DNA of 63,028 bases, the filler included, from Reticulomyxa filosa (taxonomy: Eukaryota; Protista; Foraminifera), in NCBI GenBank assembly GCA_000512085.1. It is 17 parts of 17 records of this genome, joined end to end, with 100 filler letters (N's around TTAATTAATTAA, not from the genome) between each part and the next. Parts side by side here need not be neighbours in the genome. Positions count along the whole stretch, not along the records: positions 51,533 to 58,343 come from ASPP01012392.1; positions 58,444 to 59,749 come from ASPP01023112.1; positions 59,850 to 63,028 come from ASPP01002573.1; 14 more parts are not named here. One strand, 5' to 3'. Below the pieces are notes generated by a model. It was not told the DNA's origin. It saw only the letters and a program-made list of their open reading frames with translations, and searched no databases. Made by a program: the position numbers and the translations under genes. Within the stretch, counting starts at the first letter, position 1, and each line of letters opens with the position of its first letter. Below, piece after piece: positions 53,715 through 63,028 of the stretch.

Positions 53715-54849
53715 AACTAAATGCCAAAAAAAAAATAACTTTTTACTGTACGGGCTTTCACAATAAATATGTTCATGTATTTATTGCTCGCTAAACTTTC
53801 GTTGACAAATTTTCTCCAAAAAAACTTGAAAAAAAGTCTCTTTCCATGCTGTTTTTTTTTTTAAGCACCTTTCGTATAAAAAAAATTTATCACAAACATA
53901 AGTCTTGCACGGAAATTCGGTCAAAGTTTATCTTAAAGCAACACGAAAGTGACGGAATATATCCATGGTAACTTTCTATAAAAATCTTTACCCCTTTGTG
54001 AGCATGAAGTTATCATTTGTGGAGGCAATCTTAAAATAATTGTGGTGGAGTGTTTAACAACGTTTAACATATTTGAAAAAGGTGGAAAGATGGATAAAAG
54101 ACAGAGAAGAAGATCAACTGATAAAAGATATAACAATTAAATGTGCTGAGCCAGATTATCCATTTAAGAATTGAGAACATTCTGGTTCTGTTAATAATGT
54201 ACAATTTTCAGTTACAGCAAAAATTTTTAAGCAATGTTTTGACAAAGAACTCAACAAGTGACTTGCTATTAAAAAAAAGATTCTGAAGAATGAAGAAAGC
54301 TTTCAAAAGATTTGGTGTCAGTCAATAAAAATGTGACAAAACATGTTTAGCGCGATTGAAGCTAGCAAACAATCATTTTTAACTTTCATTCTATAGGATA
54401 AATACTAATTATTGGATAAACATGTCTAAACAAGGTTATGAACCACTTAATGGCCAATGAGATGACAGGAAATATCAATATCTATATTGTATGACAACAC
54501 TGCAAGCTGCAAAGGGTTAGCCATGATATGTGGGATTGGTACATGAACACATTTTGAGATCGTGATAAGTATCGTTTTCAAAGATACTTTCTATTTCTTC
54601 TTTCTTTTCCTTCTGGTGTGCTTTATATCGAATGTTATCACAAAAAAGAAAAATTCAACAAATCTCTTTTTTTTGACCCGTGAAAGATAGTTTGGTTCGT
54701 GAAGTTTTAAACTTTTACTTCGTTTTCTGTAAAAAAAATCGACCTACTTTTTTTTTTTGTTGAGACGAATAGGTACATATCTATCTTGACTTACTGTCCT
54801 CTTTTGTCTTTGGTGGATTGGAAAAGATTGTGGATTCTTTTTTCGCAGA

Positions 54850-56487
54850 ATGCAGCCAAAGCAATTGAAAGGAGTCGCTTTTGTCGGCCTGTATGGAATA
54901 TTTTTGTTATTTCTTTGGTTTTTCTGGACGTTAAATCCCGGGCATCTTTTACTGCTGAAACAAAAATTGGAAAATTTGTTTGAGCGAGAAGAATTTGCGT
55001 CGACAAGACACACTTACGTAATCCAAAACGAAAATTTTGAACCATTAAATCAGAGCCATTGGGATTTAGACATAAATGAAAGAATTAATAAAAAAGGCAT
55101 TTTTAAATTCAGACGCTTTTACACGATTGGTCGTTATCAAAACAATAATGTTTGTGAACTTCCAAATGCTCACTTTTTTATTTTGAACGCATCAGAATTG
55201 ACTTACAAAAAATAGAGAACATGAATTTTCGATAATGGATCCACGCAAATGTGGTTATTATGAGATCTATGGAATGTATCAATATTTATATGATCACCCA
55301 TGTCGAGTGCACCACATAGAAGACGCTCAAATTATATTTATATCCTTTGGAATGATCCAAACAGCGCGAAAGCAAAAAAAATTACGATCGTGTTATTACA
55401 TTCAACATAAAACGAGTGAAAACGAGAAACTTCTTTTGTCTGAGCCACAAATTTTCCATTCGATTATGAAAGTTGCATTTCAAACGCTTATTCAAAACCA
55501 TTCACAGTTTAACCCACGTTTGCACCACATCTATTATTTCTCAATGGCAAGTTTCACCCAACATACTTATCGGTACATTGGTGATATGCCCATTGCGCAA
55601 ATGACGTACAACGCCTATGTAGAGCAATTTCGTCCTCATGTCGATATTAGCTTGCCCACTATTGCTCAGCACGATCTTTTCAAAATTGCAAAAAAAAACA
55701 ACTATTGTCTCCAAAACGCGCAGCTTTGGGTTGGTTTTTTTTTTTTTTTTTGAAAATGTTTAATTAAAGGGAAATGACTAAAAAAAAACTGGCTTTTTTT
55801 TTTAGGAAGTGGCTTAAATTTTTCAAAAATAGGCTCAAGACAATAAATTAAAAAAAAAAAGGATAATAGGGCTACACCAAATAGTGTGACGAAATTGAAA
55901 GAGTGGTATCGTTATGAGATTGTGTTCCAAGGTCGTTCACGAAAATACTATCCTTGGTATATAAATACAGGTGCTGGTCGAGTGCAAGAGTTGCGAGACA
56001 AAATCGGAACAGCTTTGAATGCCTCCAGCATCGATACAATTCGCATGGGAATCTATTTTATAGTTGGAGATTGGCGTCAAAAAAAAGAAAATTTTTTTGA
56101 CTATAATGACACACTGTTGCATGCACATTTTTGTTTGGTAATATCCGGGGATATGGTATGGTCTTACCGTCTTATGGACGCGTTGAGTGCTGGCTGTATT
56201 CCTGTCATTGTCGCCAATGGCTGGATTCTACCTTTTGAAAATCTCATCGAATGGGAAAAGTATGTTTTGTTTATCGACGAAAATCTATTATTCAAATGAA
56301 TGCAAGCTCTTTGCTCCACTACTTATGGAATGGACCACAAACACAGCGTATTTTAAGTCAATTTGGTGGAAACATATGTTTGTGGCATTCTCAAATTTGG
56401 AATCTTTATGTTGATTTTTTCAATTCTTTTTCTTTGGTTGTGGATCGATTGTTACAATCTATTTCCAGTAAAATCAGAAAGGGTTGA
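54850..56487 (+). CDS. Exostosin-family (GT47) glycosyltransferase, type II membrane protein
   Basis: N-terminal TM helix. FQGR, FCLVISGD..WSYRLMDALSAGCIPVIVANGWILPFENLIEW. 1-nt frameshift in the A-run at 56280-56283. Confidence 0.88.
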
Positions 56488-56861
56488 AATAATCAAATAG
56501 TAATAGAATACTTGAATTGAAGAAAGAGAAAAGAATGTATGTTAGCGTAACATATTACTACAATTGGTAGAAATGATGTTCAGCGATTTTTCTTTTTAAA
56601 GAGGAAAAAAAGATTAACGTTTTTGACACCAAAAACATATAAACCCATTACTTCAATTTTTGTTTTGAAAATTCAGTGGTAAAGAGGGTTTATCACAAAA
56701 ATAAAAAGATGAGGATCACTCACACAGATTGCTATTATTATGTTTATTGTTAAAAATGTGGAGTTGTAATAAGCAAAGCTGTCTTTTCGCTTGTTGTCCG
56801 GTCTCAAATGATAACAAGAGGGTAGTATGTTTTCTTTGGTTTTCTTTTTTCATTATATTGC

Positions 56862-58343
56862 TCATAATTGTAATCTATGTTTTAAAAAATCGATCAATTG
56901 ACCTCTGGGTAGGCCAGTAGTTTGGAGTTTGCTAACGGTTTGTTCTTGATTTTGTTCAATGACATGAGCAATTTCATTTTTGGTAATCTTCCATGCTTGA
57001 GGGGAAGCATGTTTGGAACGTGGCGACTTGCTTTTGTGCAGCAAGGCAGGATCATCGGGAGTGACATAAAAAAAAGGAGCTTTTTCAGTGGGCTCAATGA
57101 CAGTGATGACAGCAGTATGTCCATTAATCTCTGAGTTTTTGGAGGAGATTAGAACTCGGTCACCTACTAAGGTCAATCTTCGCAAATTCACAATGTTTTG
57201 TGACAACTCTTCTTCGCCAAGGATAACAAGCCATTTGATATTCCTATCTTCTGCATAGCTGATTTGATCACGGAACGAGGGCTTGAACTTGTTCATCGTT
57301 TCGCAATGCATACCATGATGTAATTTCAATTCTTCCAACAATTTCAATCGTTCCAAGTACAACACGTCATCGACACTACTTTTTCCGGAAACTTCGCAGA
57401 CCAGGATTTGCATCAAAGGGGCATTTGAAAACATGGTGACACCCCCGTTTTTCTTTTTGCGTTCTTCCAACAAGTAATGAAAGATCCTTTCAAAGCCAAT
57501 GGAAGCGCCAATGCAAGGAAATTGTTGGGAAGGAACAAAGTCTTGGATTAGTTTGTCATATCTCCCTCCAGCCGCAATGCTGCCAATAGCTTCACTCGTA
57601 TTGTCATCTGCATTTGCATTTGCATTTGCATTTGCATCAGACTCCACACAAGCTTCGAAAATGAGACCCGTATAATAATCCAATCCCCTTACCATAGACA
57701 AGTCCAAATGCAAACGATCCACGTAAATGTCTCCATGATAAGCGTGCAACAGTTTAACGACGCGTTCCAACTCGTCAAGAATTTGCGCAACCGCGTGAGG
57801 TTGATCGGGATAGTGTGAACAATTCTTTCTTACCCTTCAACTGTTCCAACACAACCTCTGCCTTTCCTTTGATTTGCACAAACGAATACAATTGGTTTGC
57901 ACATTCTAGCGACACACCTTTTTCGATCATCTCCTGTCGAACCTCTTCCCAGCTCCGTTTGTCCAGTTTGTCAATAGCCGAGGATATTGAACGTACATGT
58001 TCTCTCTTCACTCCACAGATCTAAAAATCCCCCCCCCCCCCCCTCTCGTCATTTGCCGTCAATATACAAAACAAATAGTACTGAATCCAGACAAGAGTAT
58101 ATTATATATAATATACTTTTTTTTTTTTTTTCTTCCTTCTGCAAAATGCACTAAACATCGAAAATGACATCAAGTAATTTGCGATGATTTAACTTGATAA
58201 TGAAGCGCTGGACATTCAAATCCATCAAGGTCTGCGAGATCAAAGCGAGGACTTCCATGTCATCCCACAGCAGGTCCTTTGCGTTGGTCGGCATTACCGT
58301 CCTCACAATGTCAAAATCGCATTGCCAAAACTCACGCAAACGC
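56862..58343 (-). CDS. HARS: Histidyl-tRNA synthetase, 5' truncated
   Basis: REFWQCDFDI, IKLNHRKLLD, AIDKLDK, RGLDYYTGLIFE, GSIAAGGRYDKL, GASIGFERI and the anticodon-binding domain. Frameshift near 57810-57820. Confidence 0.96.
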
Positions 58344-58969
58344 NNNNNNNNNNNNNNNNNNNNNNNNNNNNNNNNNNNNNNNNNNNNTTAATTAATTAAN
58401 NNNNNNNNNNNNNNNNNNNNNNNNNNNNNNNNNNNNNNNNNNNTTTTCGCACACGGTACTGAAATACACACAACTATGATAAAACAAAATAAATTTACCC
58501 TTTTTTGTGGTGAACTTGTCCATATTGCTTCTATCATATTATTGACCCACCAAGCATCGAGTTCGGTTCCAAATTCTTTGCTGCGACTAAAGTCAGCACG
58601 CCAATCTATTTCACCACATTTACAACTATGGTCCAATTCAATACAATTGCCATCTTTGATATTTTTTTTCTGGATCGATCCAATCATCGTCGTTTGATAC
58701 TCCCATGCCATTGACTTTTCCTTCATGCCCACTGTATCCATTGACCAATCCAAACCGATCACTTCCTCGCCAATTTTTCACGAGCCAGTTTACTTTGTCG
58801 CTGACTTTGAATTTGTTGGAGACTGGGCTTTGTTGTAATGATCTAAGTTCGCTTCCAATTCGCCCAGACTCACATTTGAAGCATCCGTTGCCACTCTTCT
58901 GGTTCCCCTTCTTCTTTGAACAACGCGCTAATGCGCATCTATTCCACGTTCTTGGGAAATATCCCAGTT

Positions 58970-59290
58970 TTTCTTTCCAATTTCCCTCCCTTTTTCAACT
59001 TTTCTCCTTTTTTTTTCTTTTTCTTATTTTTTTTCCAATTTCATTTTTCCCATTGTCATTTTTTTTCATTTCTTACTTTTCTTTATTTTTTTTTTTCTTT
59101 TTTTTCTATTTTCTTATTTTCACTCTTTAATTTTTTTTCTTATTTTCACTCTTTAATTTTTTTCTTTTCCAACTTTCCCTCCTTTTTCTCCAACAATTTT
59201 TCCCCTCCCTTTTTTCCAACAATTTTTCCCATCCCTTTTTTCAAATAATTTTTCCATCCATTTTTTTCCCAAAAATGTTTCCTATCCCTC
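58970..59290 (+). repeat. Polypyrimidine low-complexity tract with short imperfect repeats
   Basis: Almost G-free T/C tract containing duplicated tcttattttcactctttaattttttt and tccaacaatttttccc units. Confidence 0.7.
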
Positions 59291-62200
59291 TCAGCTCAAA
59301 CAAAAATAAAAAATAAAAAATAAAAAAACAATAAACTTTACGTTTGACCTTTGCATCCTGTAAACAACAATTAAATAATTTTTGATTTTTTAAAGAAAAA
59401 AAATAAAACAACATACTTTTACATCGGAACTAAAAGTTCTAATTCCATTAACCTATTTTTTGTTGTTGTCTCAGGGAAGGGAGGGGATATATAATTTTTT
59501 GATGGTGCATGCCTGTTACAAAGACAAACAAACATTTGATAAAAATAAAATAAAAAAAATAAATGCAAACTCTTTTATTTTTTATTCAGCGCGGGGTGGC
59601 TTCAGCCCCGTTTTCTTTGAAGGGCATGGAGTATACTTTTTTTAAATAAGCGGGCTGTGGCTGTTATAAAAAAAACTCAAAGTTAATTTGTCCAAGAAAA
59701 AAAGTATATGAATATAACAAACCTTTTTGTCTCCTTGCGGAGACGGGGGNNNNNNNNNNNNNNNNNNNNNNNNNNNNNNNNNNNNNNNNNNNNTTAATTA
59801 ATTAANNNNNNNNNNNNNNNNNNNNNNNNNNNNNNNNNNNNNNNNNNNNAAAATAATTGTATTTAGTGAGTTGTTTTCTCCAACTGAAAACACATTATTC
59901 AAGATATAAAAATAAAATTTGAATAATAATATAACATTTATTTTATTTAGATGAAATACATTATTTGATTCTAGCTCGTTTTTGTAAAAATAAACATAAT
60001 TTAATTTATCAAGATTAATCAATAGTCTAAAAATATTCTAAAATTAATATAAATTTATGTGTTATTAAATATATATCCAAATCCCAAAAAATAAGCATAT
60101 GCATTACACTTTTTAAAAAATATCATAATCTTAGTTGAAATATTTCTGAGATTTTGCAGAAATTGACATTTTAAATTAAATTATTTAATCAAGTATTATT
60201 TGCAAAAATTTAAAGCGCCTTTTAATTAGACAATGTGATGTGCTGATAAGTATGAGGACTAATCAATTTTGTCTTTATCAGTCACATTACAAAATATTGA
60301 AAATAATTATTGTAAGCACATTGCATATTTTAAATAATCATAAACCAAAGTGAAACATCAATCACGGAATGTGCAAAGTAGTCGAAAGATAAATCTTAAT
60401 TTGGAGATTAGCATTTAACAATTTGTTAACTTTCATCTTTGCTGGAAAAAACAGATAACTGACAGTTTTCCAAAGAGGCTTTTTTCCCTCTTTTACCGAT
60501 TGCTTTGATTTGCGAATAAATACATCACAAAATAATTATGAAATAACGTTTAAAAAAATTTTATAAAAAATTCGAAAACAAAAAATTTAATTTCTTTTGG
60601 TAAATCCGATGATAATGTGATGAATTATTACTTTTTTTTTTAAATGATGCGTTTTTTGTAATGTGTATTATCATACTGCTTCAAAGGTATGTTAACAACA
60701 TATTTGACTTTCTCAATGTGTGAGTGTTCTTGAATGTAAAGATTTTTTATAAATTATGAACACAATATATTACTGGCAAATAGTTATTGTAAAATTGATT
60801 AATGTATGTTATTTATTTGTTCAAATTAGTGAAATTAAAAAAATAACTTTGCTGCCAATAGTCTTTATCAGATGCTTTTGATTGAAACACGAAGTCCGTC
60901 ATTTAGTAAGTTTTTTTATATTTCTCTTTCATTATTGGATAAGTCAAATTTTTTGTATATAATATCGACTTTTTAGTGTTTGTTATCTATGAAATATATA
61001 CTTTCATTGTAATTTTTACAATAATGTTATAGTGCGTTTTTATTATTTTAAATTTTTCAATAGAATGCAGATTTCATTTTTATTGATAAAAAAATGAAAC
61101 ACAAATGAAATAAACAAAAACAAACAAAGCCATATGAACTTAGAAAAATTTTTCCTCAAAAATGATCATTGAAATAATTACTTTCAAGCCTTTTTTTTAT
61201 TTGTTGGTGCCTGTTTTGTGGTAAAAAATGTTAAGAAGCTTGTGTTGAAATTAACACAATATATCTTAAGTTAAGGTATCTTTGATAATAAAACTTTTAT
61301 GTTTGTGGTTTCCAAATGACTTTTACAAGGGCTATACCATAGTTTTCTTTTTTTTGTTTAGGAGAAATGTTAAAGTCAATGGAAATCTTGCAATTTTTTT
61401 TAACATACATTTTCAAATGAACTTATTTTTTAAAAAAATTAACATTTTGTTTGAATGTTTTATGAAAGGCATTATCCAGTACTCACAAATAATGAAAACA
61501 AAGATATTGTAATATTCAATTTTAAACAGAATCTCGATTACATCATTGTTGGATAATAACAAATCTGGGCAAATAAATAAAACATTGAAATACAAATTAC
61601 TGATATAAAAATATGAATATATGATTAGATTTAAAAAAATAATTAAATTTTTGATTATTAAATGTTGAAAGCTTTAACTATTATACTTTTGATAATCAAT
61701 GAAAAGGAGTTAGTTCCATTTTATTTTTTTTTAACTTTGTCATGTACTTTCTGTTAGAGTATTTTCTCTTAAGCAAGCAAGTCTTTCAGCAGATTAACAC
61801 AGTTCAAACATTATACACTCACTGTTGAAAAGAACTTGTCTTGTTTCTCTTTATTTGAAAAAAAATAAAGTATGTTCGATTTGCTGGATATGTGAAGTTA
61901 TAATTACATTTCTTTTTTATTTCAGTTTGTGGTATTTTTGATAAAAAAAATTCTGTTGTACAAATGATGTGTTTTTTGATAGTGATGCTTTAAGTAGCAA
62001 AAAAACTTAATTTGCTACTGTCGCGCAATTATGCGTCTGAAACTTGTTGGGTGTAACGAACGAGCGATACAAATACAACAAAACTTGACAAACTGTGAGT
62101 TCAGTGGAGAACAAAAAGAAAAGGATTGTTGTAATTTCTGCCAACATGTGAATACATGTTTTTTCTTTGTCTGTCTATTTAAAAATAATTACTTCTATCC

Positions 62201-63028
62201 CCCTTTTTTCGCATAATAACAATTATTTTTCTACAACAATTGCACATTTGATAGACATAACAGTATTCGAATTTTTTCTATTTCGAAAATCTTTCAAACG
62301 AGACTTGATAATCTCAACTTTCTTTACTCACTTTTGATCAAGGACCAGAGAAAGAAGAGAAAAAGTGGTTAATAACTAAAAAAACATGACAGTTAACAGC
62401 AAGTCAAAGTTATTTCCGGGATCAATGAAGATTTCAAACGAAAAGAACTACTTCCGACATGAATTTTCATCATTCTTTGGAAAACCTTTCAAAAAAAAAA
62501 CAGAAACCGCATGAAAAAAGTAAACGAAGCAACGAGTGCTGGATATCGATCAGCATTTGATACCATTAACGTGATTGCCAATTTCTTGCAATGCATGTTG
62601 TGGAATGAAAATATGTTCAATCACTATTTCAATGCATTTGGTGATGAAAAATCAATGCTTTGACGACCTCGAAAAAAATCCAAATGATTACTTAAGAAAA
62701 AAACTGTTGTAAGCTGTTCTTTGATGCCGCGATTATGCTTCCTGATTATTTTGATGATAAGTTGGACAATCTAGGCGATGCCATGATTAAAGCGAGTGTG
62801 TCCATATATTGCAGTGGTGCAAAAGTAAAAAGACTTCCCAAATTATACAAATTTTTCTGAATAATCAAATTTCAACGCATGAAAAAACTGTATTTAGATT
62901 AAACAGATTACTTATCTCCATCAATTCTACATATGATGTAATCTATGGAGAGAAAATAAAAGATATCAATCTTTAGTTCGTTATAGACTGGAACAGAAAA
63001 CAAAACAAACGAAAGAAATCTTTAATAA

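Noticed and set aside
58444-58975. Minus-strand KLGYFPRTWN resembling a LINE reverse-transcriptase motif
   Set aside because: No following IPK, YRPISLL or YADD motifs; the match is too short to support a retroelement call.

Overview
This window is not one locus. It is 17 short draft-assembly contigs joined by sixteen artificial 100-nt spacers (N44-TTAATTAATTAA-N44, which gives stops in all six frames), so adjacency across spacers means nothing. Sixteen contigs are AT-rich, intron-dense eukaryotic DNA. The expanded WD40 families and the poly-N/dipeptide-repeat proteins resemble the foraminiferan Reticulomyxa filosa; this is an inference from recalled protein signatures, not a search result. 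Recognisable genes: a TxH-type MAP kinase, a ZIP/ZupT transporter, a C2 + histidine-phosphatase fusion, a CHD remodeller, an Ntn/C45 hydrolase, a ferroportin-like transporter, a C2H2 protein, IMPDH, an SDR, ANKRD13-like, G6PD, a PTS2-bearing citrate synthase, an ABCB NBD, WD40 paralogues, a GT47 exostosin and HisRS. One contig (26704-28048) is GC-rich bacterial DNA carrying a livM-livG fusion and livF. The most striking cross-cutting signal is intron architecture: donors are degenerate and mostly GTT (plus two GC), followed by pyrimidine runs, while many acceptors are directly preceded by poly-A/purine runs instead of a polypyrimidine tract. Other candidates are an isolated phosphagen-kinase N-domain in a low-complexity protein, a ZIP with a degenerate metal site, and a KOW-like insert in HisRS. 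All exon boundaries were inferred by eye.
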